From: an uncultured Chloroflexia bacterium | Lineage (GTDB): Bacteria; Chloroflexota; Anaerolineae; Aggregatilineales; Aggregatilineaceae | Assembly (NCBI GenBank): GCA_963850765.1 | Contig: CAWKMN010000005.1 | Coordinates: 6,084 to 70,083, forward strand | DNA: 64,000 nucleotides | Direction: 5' to 3' | Shown: piece after piece, positions 18,633 to 29,988 of the stretch | Layout of the letters: each line of letters begins with the position of its first letter | Position numbering within the stretch: position 1 is the stretch's first letter | Program-made: the position numbers and the translations under genes | Notes under the pieces: model-generated | The model's database searches: none | Seen by the model: the letters and a program-made list of their open reading frames with translations, nothing else | What the model was told of the DNA's origin: nothing

Positions 18633-19718
18633 TTACCCGGCGATCTCGGTCCGCTGGCCGATGCGGCTTGATAGATAGGCCGCGTCCATCACTCGCTGGA
18701 CCGCGAGTCCATCCGCGAAGGTGGGCGGCTGGACGACGGCGCGCCCGCGGATCTGGTCCACCATCAGCCCGGCCAGCTTCACGAACGGCCCCAACAGCAG
18801 ATTCTCGTCCGGCACCCACAGCGGCGGCTCGTATTCGGGCGGGACATGGATCAGGCTGAGTTCTTCGCTGCGGCGGCGGCCCCACAGGTGCAGATCGTCC
18901 TGGACGACGAGCGCGCCCTCGGTGCCGTGAATGGCGAGGCGGTGCGCTTCGCCCCCGGATACCGCGCTGAGGTTGATCACGCCGCGCAGCCCGCCGTCCA
19001 TTTCAAGGACGAGCGTCGCCTGATCATCGCTGGTGACGGCGCGCCGTTCGTCGCTGCCGGGCAGGGGGCGCATCGCGTAGGCCGGGCTGGTATGCAGCGC
19101 CGCCGTGACCGCGCGGACTTCGCGCCCCGTCAGCCAGCGAAAGCCGTCGATAAAATGCGATCCGATCGCGCCGAGCACACCGCCGCCCTGCAAAGCGTCC
19201 ATCCACCAGCCCCAGGGGCGCTGCGGGTCCCAGCGCATGGTGGACATAAAGGTGGCTTCGAGCAGCACCGGCTCCCCGATGTAGCCCTGATCGACCAGCA
19301 CCCGCTGGTAATAACGGGCGGGCAGGTAGCGGAATTCGTAGTCGATGGTGTGGATGCGCCCGTATTCGCTCGCCACCGCGATCATTTCCTCGCCTTCCGC
19401 GGCGCTGAGCGCGAAAGGTTTTTCGCACAGCACATGTGCGCCCACCTGCAACGCGGCAATCGTCATCGGGTTGTGCAGCGCGGGCGGCGTCACCACGCTC
19501 ACAATGTCCGGCGTCACGTCCACCAGCATTTGTTCGTAGTCGGTATAGACCGCCCGCACGCCATACTGCGCCGCGATCTTTTTGGTCTTCTCTTCGGACG
19601 CGCCGCACAGCGCCACGACATTTGTTTCGGCAAAGCCCAAAAAACCGGGCAGTTGGACGCGCGCCCCAAAACCGGTTCCGATCACCGCCACCCGCAAAGG
19701 AGTTGTTGTCTCGGCCAT
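18633..19718 (-). CDS. Gfo/Idh/MocA-family NAD(P)-dependent oxidoreductase
   Basis: Rossmann motif RVAVIGTGFGARV and EKP motif (LCEKPFA). Typical ~360 aa length. ORF open to 19751; ATG at 19718 preferred. Confidence 0.8.
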   Translation of the reverse strand: MAETTTPLRVAVIGTGFGARVQLPGFLGFAETNVVALCGASEEKTKKIAAQYGVRAVYTDYEQMLVDVTPDIVSVVTPPALHNPMTIAALQVGAHVLCEKPFALSAAEGEEMIAVASEYGRIHTIDYEFRYLPARYYQRVLVDQGYIGEPVLLEATFMSTMRWDPQRPWGWWMDALQGGGVLGAIGSHFIDGFRWLTGREVRAVTAALHTSPAYAMRPLPGSDERRAVTSDDQATLVLEMDGGLRGVINLSAVSGGEAHRLAIHGTEGALVVQDDLHLWGRRRSEELSLIHVPPEYEPPLWVPDENLLLGPFVKLAGLMVDQIRGRAVVQPPTFADGLAVQRVMDAAYLSSRIGQRTEIAG

Positions 19719-19834
19719 CTTGTGCCCCTTCACCTGATCAATAGAGCCCAATCATCACGCCCCCACAGAGCGCCCACAGGATTAATCATACCCGATTTTC
19801 GGAAATTGGTTTAAGGGAGCGCAAGGCGCGCGAT

Positions 19835-19878
19835 CTCTCCCCCTCTCTACCACGTGGAGAGGGGGCAGGGGGTGAGGC
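19835..19878. repeat. CCCTCTC..GGAGAGGG hairpin repeat with a GGGGTGAGGC end
   Basis: ctctccccctctctaccacgtggagagggggcagggggtgaggc, the same family as 14971 and 15113. Confidence 0.7.
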
Positions 19879-19886
19879 AGTTGGGG

Positions 19887-21128
19887 CTAACTCTCCGGCA
19901 TGATCACGTTCTCGTCGCGCAGCAGCGGCGAGACATCCTGGGGCAGCGGCTCCTGCGGGATGTACGCCGCCCAGTTCCTGAAATCTTCCACGTACTCGGG
20001 ATCGTCCATCTTCGATTCGACCCAATTCAGGAAATATCGCTCGCGCACCGAATCGAGCTCCTCCACCGACAGGTTGCCCCGGACCATCGTGCCGATGATC
20101 GCCACGTACCAGCCGCGTGACGTTTCGATCGGGCCAACGATGTCGCCGGGCTGCGCGCTGAAGATCGCCGTGCGCACGTCCTCGGGCAGCGACTCGTCAT
20201 TCGGGGAGACGATACGCCATTCCGCATCGCTCTGGGGGGTCATGTCCAAGGACGCGGCGATGTCGCGCACCGTTTCGCCGGCCTCCAGCCGCCCGATAAT
20301 CGCGTCGGCCTCGTCCTCGGTGGCGATGATCAGGTCCTGCACCTGCAAACCCATCGCCGCTTCCTGGGCGGCGGCGGTGGCTCCGGGCTCGTTGCTGATC
20401 AGGAACTTAAGCTGCGAATACAGCGTCCGGGCGCGCACCACCCGCCGAAAATCCTCTTCGGTCATGCCGGTGTAGATCTTTAGCTGCCTGATGAATTCCG
20501 CATATTCGCTCTCGAATTCGGGCGGGAGCGCGCCACCTTCGCCCACCTGAAGCACGAGGAACTGTGCGACGCGCGCATCGAACTGGTAGGGGTCCACTTC
20601 CACGCCGCGCCGGATCGCTTCTTGCAGGGTGATGGCGTCGATCACCATGATGCGCTGCACCTGCTCGCCAAAGCCGTTGCTGTCGGCCAGCGTTGCGAAC
20701 AGCGACGACACCCATTGATTCTCCGCCTTACGCAGATCGAGAATTTTGTCCGCGCCGTGTTTCTCAACCAGCTTCACCAGTTGGTAGAGCCGGAACCAGC
20801 GTTCAAACCGCACCTGCTTCTGAAACTCCGCGAGCGTGATCTCCTCCGTTCCCACACGCGTGATCACGGTGTCCGGGTTTGCGTCGGGGGCGTTGGTCGG
20901 AATGAGATAGGGCTCTGGCGTGGCCGACGGGGTGGGGGATGGTCCTGGCGTGGCCGAGGGGTTCGCCAGCGCCACGACCGTCTGTGCGTCCTGGGTTTCG
21001 ACCGCACCCTCGTCAATGTGAATAAAACCGCCGCCGCTGTCGTCCGAGGACGAGCAGGCAGCGAGCAGAACGATCAGGCATAACAGCATCACGAGGATGC
21101 TCAAGAACGATAACCATCGGCGTTTCAT
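19887..21128 (-). CDS. lipoprotein peptidyl-prolyl isomerase (SurA/PrsA-like, PpiC-type parvulin domain)
   Basis: Signal peptide with lipobox LLAAC. SurA_N-like middle region. C-terminal parvulin-like segment (VQDLIIATEDEADAI..GDIVGPIETSRGWYVAII). Confidence 0.65.
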   Translation of the reverse strand: MKRRWLSFLSILVMLLCLIVLLAACSSSDDSGGGFIHIDEGAVETQDAQTVVALANPSATPGPSPTPSATPEPYLIPTNAPDANPDTVITRVGTEEITLAEFQKQVRFERWFRLYQLVKLVEKHGADKILDLRKAENQWVSSLFATLADSNGFGEQVQRIMVIDAITLQEAIRRGVEVDPYQFDARVAQFLVLQVGEGGALPPEFESEYAEFIRQLKIYTGMTEEDFRRVVRARTLYSQLKFLISNEPGATAAAQEAAMGLQVQDLIIATEDEADAIIGRLEAGETVRDIAASLDMTPQSDAEWRIVSPNDESLPEDVRTAIFSAQPGDIVGPIETSRGWYVAIIGTMVRGNLSVEELDSVRERYFLNWVESKMDDPEYVEDFRNWAAYIPQEPLPQDVSPLLRDENVIMPES

Positions 21129-21193
21129 GCGGCTTCCTTATGGGTGGTGGCGAGAGTCATGACGATGCCGGATGAGCCTGTGCAATGTGGTTA

Positions 21194-21285
21194 GCCCCTC
21201 CCTCCATCTCCCTCCCCACAGGTGGAGAGGGAGGGATCGAGCAGCAAGTCCCTCTCCGCTTGCGGGGAGGGATTTAGGGAGGGGC
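21194..21285. repeat. two tandem CCCTCC..GGAGGG hairpin repeats
   Basis: gcccctccctccatctccctccccacaggtggagagggaggg and gtccctctccgcttgcggggagggatttagggaggggc (the latter as at 16700). Confidence 0.7.
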
Positions 21286-21340
21286 CAACCATCAGGGAGC
21301 AAGCATCGAAGTGACATTGCCAAAACATAGACTCTGTACT

Positions 21341-23507
21341 TCACGCATTATACGCGCTGACCCGCTGCGTTATGTTACCGCGCCAGGGGGTGTTCGGTTC
21401 AAGATGCAGGTTCCAGACGTGCAGATAAATGGTGCCCTGGTAGCCGCGTTCGTACCCCGCCTCACTGTTCGTAACCGTCTCCAGCGGGAATACCCACAGC
21501 GCCGACGGCTGATCGACCGTGGTGATCAGCTGCAGCTTGCGAATGCTGGTCACGCTGGTGTGCGTGGTGACGCCGCTGAATTCGTGCTGCCCCGCCAGCG
21601 AGAACCGTTCCCCGCCGCCATTGACCGTCAGGTGGCAGTACGCCATATCCTGCCCGCCATCAAAGCCCGACGCCAGTTCGACCGCGAAGCGTACATCGGC
21701 CGGGAAGGATCCCTCATTGGTGACGCTGTAGGCGCAGGTGAAGTGATCCTCATTGTGCCGGAAGGTGAACATCTTGCCCACGCGGATCGGAACCTGCTGA
21801 TCGCCGACCCACACATGCCCGCTGCGGCTGAGCGTAATCACGGCCTGCTGCGCGTCCGCCTGGACATCGACCTGATAGGGCAGATTGACGAAATCGCCCT
21901 GCTCGCCATAAAACGCACGGTAAAAAGCGGATTGATCCACATCGTCGCGCAGGAAATGATCGATGAACGCGCCGCGCCGGTACCAGTCCACCAGCAGGTA
22001 GCGGTCGATCCCGGCTTCTTTGACGCGGATGGCGTCGCGCAGCTCCCAATCGCTGGATTTCGCGGCGATCTCCGGCGTGACCAGCGCATTCTGCTGCGCG
22101 CCTGCGCGGATCTCCTCGTGATAACCTTCTTCGTAGCGCGACATGATATTGAGGATGTTGTAGCGCAGCGGGCGTGAATCGAATTCGAGCATCATGCCGC
22201 CGATGTTCGGCTTCCAGATCGCGTTCAGTGCCGATCCGGTCAGCACAATCTCGTGCGTGCTGTCCTTGTTGAAATCGAACTGGCGGACGGTCAGCGGCGC
22301 GTTCGACCCTTCAGCGAGTTCTTCGGCGGCGATCAGGTTGGCGTAGTTCGCCACGCGGAAATTGAACAGGTAGATGCCGCCGAACAGCCCATGCCAGTAG
22401 GCGTCGTTGGCCTGCGCGCGCCACAGATGATCCAACGCCTGATCTTTCGGCTTACCGTCGGGCATGGCGTGGACCTTCTCCGCGACGTGCAGCATGCGCT
22501 TGTTCATGTGGTTGACTTCGTCGTACTTCACCATGAAGTTACGCCAGATGCTCCCGCGCAGATAGCGCAGCACATCCTCGCGCTTCTGATCCGTGAATTC
22601 CTTCTTGATGTGCTTCAATTCGCGGAAACGCGCCGGCGGCAGCGACCACTGGCCCATCTCGAAATAGCTGGCGGTGGGCAGATAAACCCGGCCCAGCGCG
22701 GGATAGCTGGTCGATATAATCCATCGGGCGGATCGTTTCCACCCATTCGCTGTTCTCTTCGATGGCGGCGAACAGCTTCTCCATGTACTTCGTTTCGCCC
22801 CAGTTATGTTCGTAAGTGCCCGGCCATACGCCGAACTTCTCGCCGTCATCGCCCATAAAGGCCAGCCGGGGGCGGAAATCGGGCGGGGCGTCGTGGGTCT
22901 GATCGCGCAGCCAGGTGATCAGGTTGGGCACGGTGTCCCACGGGATCGCGTAGCGGAGATAACTCAGCGTGGGGAACACGCGCACGGTGTAGCCCTGCTC
23001 TTCGCTGACAAAATAGCCGAATAATTCCTTTTCCTTGTTGTAACCGACAGCTTCAAAATGGGTATCGTCAATAATCACATAATCGATGCCGGCCTCGGCA
23101 ATGGGGCGGACGAGGTGCGGCTCCCAGACCCGTTCGGCCAGCCACATGCCGCGCGGTTTCATGCCGAATACGTCCTCGACGGCCTTGCTCAATTTCCGGA
23201 TCTGGCCGACCTTGTCCGCGTCGGGCAGGGTGATCAGGATCGGCTCGTAGTACGCGCCGGAGAGCACCTCAAGCTGCCGGCGCTCGGCCAGCGCCCGGAT
23301 GCGCTTGAGGAGCGGCTGCTGCTCCGCGATCAGGTAATCGAGCAGGCTGCCGGTGAAGTGAATGCCACATTTGACGTTGGGATGCTGCTCCATCAGGGCG
23401 ACAAATGGCTCGTAGGCCACTCTGACGCTGTGTTCGTTCACGAAGTCGAACTGGCCGACCGGCTGATGATTATGCAGAACCAGGGAGAGATAAAGCTTCG
23501 AGGTCAT
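21341..23507 (-). pseudogene. glycoside hydrolase family 57 alpha-amylase/4-alpha-glucanotransferase-like enzyme, frame disrupted near 22711
   Basis: N-terminal fragment (22539..23507) has LVLHNHQPVG and GH57 core motifs. It continues in the other frame as ..MDYI/TSYPALGRVYLPTASYFEMGQW.. (21341..22849). AGGAGG precedes the ATG at 23507. Confidence 0.8.
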
Positions 23508-23611
23508 GTCCCCTCCTTGACTAAATCGGTTTAGCGGCTGTAATTGTGCTGATTGTAACACACATTGGGGTCACACGACGGTTTTTTTGTTGGCGAAAGA
23601 GGCATGTTACA

Positions 23612-24088
23612 ATGAAGATGTCCGATCATGATAGCCATACCCAACAGGTCCACTCCATGTTATACAACGTGCTTGTTGTCGAAGATGACCGCCGGGCAGC
23701 AGAAGGCCTCGCCGCGCAGATCGGCGTGTTGGGGCACACGGTCGTGATTGCATATGGCCCCCGCATGGCTCTTCAGCAGTTGAACGAAGTGATTCCCGAC
23801 GTGATCTTCATGGACATCAACATGCCCGGCATCGACGGCGTTGAGGTGCTGCGCTTCCTGCGGCGTGATCCCATGACCGCCGATGTCCCAGTGATCATCA
23901 TATCGGCTGAAGACCAGCCGGTGACCCGACAGGCAGCCTTCGCCGCCGGCGCGAACGATTACCTCGTCAAGCCGCCAACGCTGGAACAGATCGAAGCGGT
24001 GCTCGACAAGGTGATCCACATCACCCAGCCGGATGGCTCCGGCACCGCCGCCGAATCAAACGATACCCGCCCGGCGGATAAGGCGTGA
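23612..24088 (+). CDS. receiver-only response regulator (CheY-like)
   Basis: VLVVEDD, FMDINMPGIDG, IIISA and LVKP motifs. ORF open from 23546. The start is uncertain (ATG at 23612, 23618 or 23657). Confidence 0.8.
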   Translation: MKMSDHDSHTQQVHSMLYNVLVVEDDRRAAEGLAAQIGVLGHTVVIAYGPRMALQQLNEVIPDVIFMDINMPGIDGVEVLRFLRRDPMTADVPVIIISAEDQPVTRQAAFAAGANDYLVKPPTLEQIEAVLDKVIHITQPDGSGTAAESNDTRPADKA

Positions 24089-24258
24089 GGCTGCGAGCCG
24101 TGATGGTCATTGCAGGGGATCATCTATTTTCCGTAGGGGCGGGACTTGCCCTGCCCAAAATGGGCAACTCTATGCGCTTTGACAAAATAATTCGGCAACC
24201 GGATTTTTTGTAGGGCGTATTGATGTTTTTGACAATGAATACGGATACGGGCTGACGA

Positions 24259-24346
24259 CGCCCCTCACCCGGCCCTCTCCCCGGCCCAGCCAGGGGGGGC
24301 AACGCTCTCCCCCTAGCTCGGCTGGAGAGGGGGCCGGGGAGGGGCG
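24259..24346. repeat. inverted pair of CCTCACCC..CTCTCCCC / GGAGAGGG..GGGGAGGGGCG modules
   Basis: cgcccctcacccggccctctccccggcccagccaggggg..ctctccccctagctcggctggagagggggccggggaggggcg. Related fragments at 24132-24156 and 24386-24396. Confidence 0.7.
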
Positions 24347-24498
24347 TGTATTTTATTTCCGCATTAATTGTTAAACCTCATCAATACGCCCCTACGTCAC
24401 ATTGCCGGATCTAATTGAAAATCTGCATAGGGTTGCCCCTGCGCAACCGACCGATTGCCGCGCGTAGCTCCATTCAAGCTGCCCAGCGAAACCTCCGC

Positions 24499-24900
24499 TC
24501 AATCCCCGCGCCACGAGCGGAACGGCGGCGCCGGCGGATTAGTGCCGGTAAACATCCAGCGGACGCGGTCATAGCTGATCAGGTAGTGGAACAGGATCAG
24601 CACACCGAACACAACCGCCGCCGTGGTCGATCCCGCCGCTGCCAGCAGGATCACCGCCGCCGCAAAATAGACCACTTCGAGCAGCAGGCGCACCGGGCCA
24701 GGAACCGCCACGGGGGCCGGCCCCGGATCGTTCGGGATGCGGAAGATGCCCCAGAGCGTGGCCGCTGCCAGCGGCAGGCCGAATGCTAACCCATAGCGCA
24801 TTAGCCCGTCGTGTTCAGTCCAGCCCCAATAACCCATCGCGAACAGCCCTGCCATCTCCAGCACAAAGCGGAGCAGCAGGTTGAGCGGGTTGCTGCTCAC
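24499..24900 (-). CDS. DUF2568-like small membrane protein
   Basis: Four predicted TM segments (LRFVLEMAGLFAMGYWGW.., VYFAAAVILLAAAG..). The GTG start overlaps the upstream stop as GTGA (24897-24900). Confidence 0.5.
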   Translation of the reverse strand: MSSNPLNLLLRFVLEMAGLFAMGYWGWTEHDGLMRYGLAFGLPLAAATLWGIFRIPNDPGPAPVAVPGPVRLLLEVVYFAAAVILLAAAGSTTAAVVFGVLILFHYLISYDRVRWMFTGTNPPAPPFRSWRGD

Positions 24901-26427
24901 GGAACCTGCTCCCAGCGGCCGAAGCCCGATCCGACCGCCGATCCGTCCGGCAGGGTGATATAAAACGCATACGCCGGGCGCGGATCGCGTGTCAGCGCGA
25001 CGCCCTGCACCTGGGCCGTGTAGCCGGTTTCGCTTTCCAGCGCCCAACCCAACCGCTCGCGCACGCCGGGCGCATGAGCCCACACCTTGCCGAAACCGCT
25101 GGCCGGCGCATGACGATCCACGGGCGGCACCTCTTCGAGTTCCGCATCCGGCAGACCGGCATAATCTTTCTCGACAAAGTAGGCGGCGGTGCCATCGTCG
25201 TAATGCACGTAGATCTCGTTGGTATCCGAGCGCCACAGCATATAGCCGTTCTCGAAGGGCTGGTACGACGCGCCCGCGCTCATCGGCGCATTGGTCGGAC
25301 AGCCATCGGCCTCGCCAAAGAAGAACGTGTACGGGCAGTGAACTTTGACTTCCGCGTGGGCGGTGGCGGAACCATCCGCCGTGCGGAGCGTGTAGATCGC
25401 GCTGTAAGCCGCGTAGTCGGGCAGGTAGACCTGGGCGCTGCCCTTGGGCGACTGGGCATTGACAACCGATGACACGGCGGCGATGTTCGGCACGGACTGG
25501 TCGATCGAGACGCCGCCTGTACCCTGGACTTCCCATGTGAGCGTGATGGCTGATCCGGGGTTGACGGTTTGCGGCTCGGCGGTGAATAACAGGATCACGT
25601 TGCCCGGCGGGGGCGGCTGGGGCAGGGGCGTGGCCGTCGGAACGAGCGCGGTATTGCTGTCCGTGGTGATGGGTCCGCTGGTGGGGACGCCCGCCGCCGC
25701 GACTTCGATAGTCTGTTCGGCCAGCACGGACTCCGTCACCACATCGACCACCCGCAGCCGCAGCGTTATCGCGGACGCGCCTGCCTCATAGATCGGGGCG
25801 ATCGGCCCCTGTGCGGTGGATGGAACCCAGAGATTCTGGCGCGGCAGTTCGACCGACACAGCCGACCCATCCGCAAGTACCTGCTCAAAGACGAGATTGG
25901 ATGTCGGCACCCGGTTGGACACGCTCCACATGACAAGAAGCTGCTCCGCGCCGACGCTCGCACTGTCCGCCTGGAAGACGTCGATCACCGGGCCGGCGCT
26001 GGCCGTCGCGAGATCATAGGGAATCGACACGATGCGCTGATCGACCACGCTGTTGGAGGCGATGTGCAGGATCGACAGCAGAAAGGCGGGCGGTCCGAAG
26101 TTCAGACGGGTGGCGCACCGTCACGTCGCGCGACCCATTGGCCTCAAGCGGCACGCTGTCCTGCGGGAAAACCGGCTCCCAGCGATCGAGAACGTAGGTA
26201 TGCAGGCGCAGGCGGTATTCGTCAGTCAGCCCGGCGGTGTGCCAGGTGAGCGTGGTGGTGGCGGCTTCGTTTTCTGCGTCGGCCACGGTAATCAGGTTGA
26301 GCGATGAATTAAACGTAATGATGGCCGGACGCGGTGCGGCCCCGGTCGCCTGATAGGCGGTAGCTGCCTGATAGCCGCCGCCCGCCAGAGCCGCAATTAG
26401 AATCAGAACCCAGAGTTTTGTTTTCAT
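24897..26427 (-). pseudogene. secreted hypothetical protein (~510 aa), frame disrupted near 26103
   Basis: 26014..26427 carries a signal peptide (MKTKLWVLILIAALAGG). The sequence continues in the other frame (..DVTVRHP / LNFGPPAFLLSILHIASNSVVDQRIV..) into 24897..26048. No domain recognised. Confidence 0.55.
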
Positions 26428-26646
26428 CAAGCAATCCTCACCATAGGAGTTTGGCAACCTCAACGGTGTGCTGCCAGATAGCTTACAGTGTTGTTTTCGC
26501 AGCGGCAAGTCCACCCGGCCGTATGCGGTGTGCACGCGACCTGCAGAGCATGCTATACTGGAAACGAATGCGCGATTTCTGGTAACGTGATCGCCGCGAG
26601 AGGCTTGGGATCAATGGCTGCAGCATCATCACGAGGAGCGTTTGGT

Positions 26647-27913
26647 ATGCAAACACGAGCTGTTATTCTGGCGGGGGGGGAAGGCAGCCGTCTGGGCGTC
26701 TTGACGGCCAAGCGTGCCAAGCCCGCCGTGCCCTTTGCCGGCAAATACCGCATTATTGATTTTCCCCTGAGCAACTGCGTTAATTCCGGTATTTTTGATG
26801 TGCTGGTGCTCACCCAATACCGGCCGCACAGCCTCAACGAGCATATTGGTTTGGGTCGCCCGTGGGACCTGGATCGATCGTTTACCGGCGGCGTCCAGCT
26901 TCTCCAGCCGTACCAGGGACGGCAGGATACGGATTGGTACGCGGGCACTGCCGACGCCGTGACCCAGAATATCAACTTCATCCGGCGTGGCCATCCCCGG
27001 AATGTTCTGATTCTCTCCGGCGATCACATCTACGAAATGGAATACGATCTGCTTGTCCGCTACCACGAGACCCAGGAAGCAGACGTGACGGTGTGCGTGA
27101 TCCGAGTGCCGCTTGACGGAAGCGTCGCGCTATGGCATCATGGCGACCGATGACCAATTTCGCATCGTGGACTTTGTCGAGAAGCCCGCCGACCCGCCGG
27201 GCAATCTCGCGAATATGGGCGTGTATGTGTTCAAGCATGGGGTGCTGGAAAATCTGCTGCTCGAAGACGCCGCCCGTACCGATTCGCGCCACGATTTTGG
27301 CTATAACATCATCCCCCGCATGCTGGAACTCGGTATGAAGGTGATCGCCTATCCGTTTGATGGCTACTGGATCGACGTGGGGACGGTCGATGCGTACTGG
27401 GAAGCGCACATGGACCTGCTGACCATGCCCCCGTCGCTGAACCTGAACGACCGCTCCTGGATCATCCATACCCGCAGCGAGGAACGCCCACCGGTTCAGA
27501 TCCAGCGCGGCGCGGTGGTCGAAGACAGCCTGATCACGGATGGCTCGATCATCAGCGAGGGCGCGCGCGTGATCCGCAGCGTGCTGTCGCCGGGCGTCTT
27601 CGTGGCCCCCGGGGCGCAGATCGTCGAAAGCGTGGTGCTCACCGACAGCTACATCGAGCGCGACGCCACGATCGTGCGGGCGATCATCGATAAAGGAGTG
27701 GTTATCGGGCAGGGGGCGACGGTTGGCAAGCACCTCGACGGCGACAAGCTGGGGATCGCGTGCATCGGCAAAAACTCGACGGTCCCGCCGGGCTTCACAG
27801 TGGAGCACAGCGCGGTGATGGGCACCGACCTGCTGGCCGAAGATGTGAGCGACCAGTATCCCAACCGGATTGTGCCGGCGGGGGCGCTGGTGGGTTTCAA
27901 ACAGCCGCGCTAG
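26647..27913 (+). pseudogene. glgC: glucose-1-phosphate adenylyltransferase, frame disrupted near 27118
   Basis: [40 protein letters not shown]. The junction VIRVPLD / [11 protein letters not shown] needs a +1 shift (gacGgaag). C-terminal LbH region in 27113..27913. Confidence 0.85.
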
Positions 27914-27999
27914 GGCGTGGAATGCACTATTGGCCGCTATCTCCACAGCGTGAATAAGGGGAGCGGATCGGGTCGTTCCAGAGATTAGTCTGTGTAACG

Positions 28000-28044
28000 G
28001 CGGGCAGGCAAGCTTGCCCAGGGCGGCCTACGGGGTCGCCCCTA
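28000..28044. repeat. variant of the GTAGGGGCG-type structured element
   Basis: cgggcaggcaagcttgcccagggcggcctacggggtcgcccctac. Overlaps the 3' end of ORF 28042..28635. Confidence 0.55.
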
Positions 28045-28635
28045 CTCCAACGGTCCAGTCTGCTCGAAGCTGAGATCCACCCGGTTGCGCGCGCAGTCGT
28101 CCGTGTCCAGCACAATTTCCACCGGCGCGGAGAGATAACGGCCAGCCGCACTGACCTGCGCCCACAGGCGGCGATTTACCATGCCGGTCAGGACAACCTG
28201 CCATTCGCCGGCCGGCAGCCCGGCAAGCTCGCCGGTAAAGATCATCTGCGGCTCGACATCATCTCCCCACACCAACACCTGATAGGCATCCGTGGGACTG
28301 CCCTCCTGGTCGAGAATCCGCCCAGCAACAATCTGCTGATCGCACGTCTCGGCGGCATCATGGCTGGGGCTGCTGGAATTGGGGGCAAATGGGAACTGCC
28401 CCAATTCGACTGGCGGGGCTGGCGTGCTGGACGCGATCGCTTCAGCCGTCGCCATCTCGCTCAAAACGGCGGTGAGCGTCAGGCCGAATTCGGTTTCGCG
28501 GTCTTCTTGGCGTGCATTGCTGATCAGGATCACCAGAATCGTCACGGTCAGCGTGGCAAAAAACAGAACCACCGCCACGGTCAGCGCGATTTTGTAGAGG
28601 CGGCTGGATGTCAGACTACGTTGTGGGTCATTCAT
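28042..28635 (-). CDS. hypothetical membrane-anchored protein
   Basis: ATG at 28635 (MNDPQRS..), one TM (IALTVAVVLFFATLTVTILVILI), extracytoplasmic C-terminal domain. Last gene of the minus-strand CBM48-GDE-SGNH string. Confidence 0.45.
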   Translation of the reverse strand: MNDPQRSLTSSRLYKIALTVAVVLFFATLTVTILVILISNARQEDRETEFGLTLTAVLSEMATAEAIASSTPAPPVELGQFPFAPNSSSPSHDAAETCDQQIVAGRILDQEGSPTDAYQVLVWGDDVEPQMIFTGELAGLPAGEWQVVLTGMVNRRLWAQVSAAGRYLSAPVEIVLDTDDCARNRVDLSFEQTGPLE

Positions 28636-28683
28636 GTTAGTCGTTCCTCTGAGGAACTCGATCCCTTCACCTGCCACACCCGA

Positions 28684-29900
28684 TCAATCCTGGCGTATTT
28701 TCTCGAAAACCGCCTCGGCGATTACCTTGTAGCCGCGCGGCGACGGATGACCATCCGTGGTGTCCAGATACACCTCCTGGCCAGCCTGGAGCGCGTCTCT
28801 GAGGTCCGGCAGCATATCAATATACTCGATGCCATTGGCCTCGAGCATCGAGACCACCTCAACTCTGGCTGCCTGTTCGAGTTCTGATGAGCTGGTCATA
28901 CGCCTCGTCACCCTGTCCGGCCATCAGATCCGCATACACGCTTTCCTTGGTCGGGAGCAGCATGACGACCAGCCGGATACCTTGGGCGAGAGCCTGACTG
29001 TGGATATCCAGCAGCACATCTTTTGTGATGCGCATGCCTTCCGCAATGCGTGGCTCGTCCAATTGGACGGCCAGACTCCGGTACGCTACCGTAAATTTCG
29101 TGCCGACCCGTTCATCTGAATAGGCGGCGTCGGACTGCACCATGCCGATCTCATTCGCCAGCCGGCCGACGGTGTCATCGAACAGGATCTGCTCGGCGTC
29201 CGGTTTCCGGCGCGAGGCAAACGCATCACGCAGATAGACAGATTCATATGCGTCGTAAAAGTCGTTGCCGAAATAGAGAGCCGTAACGATTACCTCCGGC
29301 GAAAGCTCGGCCAGTGCGACCTGAACCTGAGCCCAGTATTCCACCGGGCCGAAGCCTATCGTTCCCATATTGTACACGCTCTGATCGGTCAGGTCACCCA
29401 GGACATACGGCCAGGTGTCTTCGCGTGGTGCGTTCATACCCCATGTCTGCGAGTCGCCAAGGGCCACCATATCGACATTTGAGGGCACCTCATCATTGCG
29501 GTAGCCGTTCGCATCGTGTCCCCAGGCGTTTGGCTTGACCATGCTGCCTAACAGCGCATCGTCGATCCGGTTGTTGACATTGGCGAAATTGTCCCCGGCC
29601 TCAGGGTTGATCGTGAAGACGATCAGAAACAGGAGCGGAAGCGTCCCAATGATGGCTACAACGGTGAACAGCGTGTAGATGATGAGCAGGGTGTGCTTTT
29701 TCCGGCCCAGCAGGCCGCCCAATGCCCATCCCAAGCCTGCCACGATTTCCAGCAGCGCAGAACCTTTCCAGCGCCATCCCGAGCGGCAATTCGTACAACA
29801 GGGTCGCCAGGGCGGCCGCGAAGACTGAAATCGTGCCAAGGATAATAAGTGCCTGGCGCTGGTGACCAAGCCGGCTAAAGCGCAAACGATACGGGCGCAT
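28684..29900 (-). pseudogene. membrane-anchored SGNH/GDSL-family hydrolase, two frame disruptions (near 29775 and 28885)
   Basis: MRPYRL.. N-terminus with TM helices. GDS block (VALGDSQTWG). C-terminal DGHP block in fragment 28684..28911. Junctions ..LERF/SALLEIV.. and ..YDQLI/ELEQAARV... Confidence 0.65.
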
Positions 29901-29988
29901 TCGATGCTTCTCCGCTTGTGAATAACCGGGTATCGCATGGCCGCTGCGAGGACCTGGCTGGACGCAGCAGCGGCTCCACGGGCCGGTT

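Noticed and set aside
23608-23613. TGTTACAAT extended -10-like motif upstream of the response regulator
   Set aside because: The hexamer overlaps the first in-frame ATG (23612). It cannot be both promoter and start as annotated. The choice between a leaderless or downstream start and a coincidental motif cannot be resolved, so it is not called.
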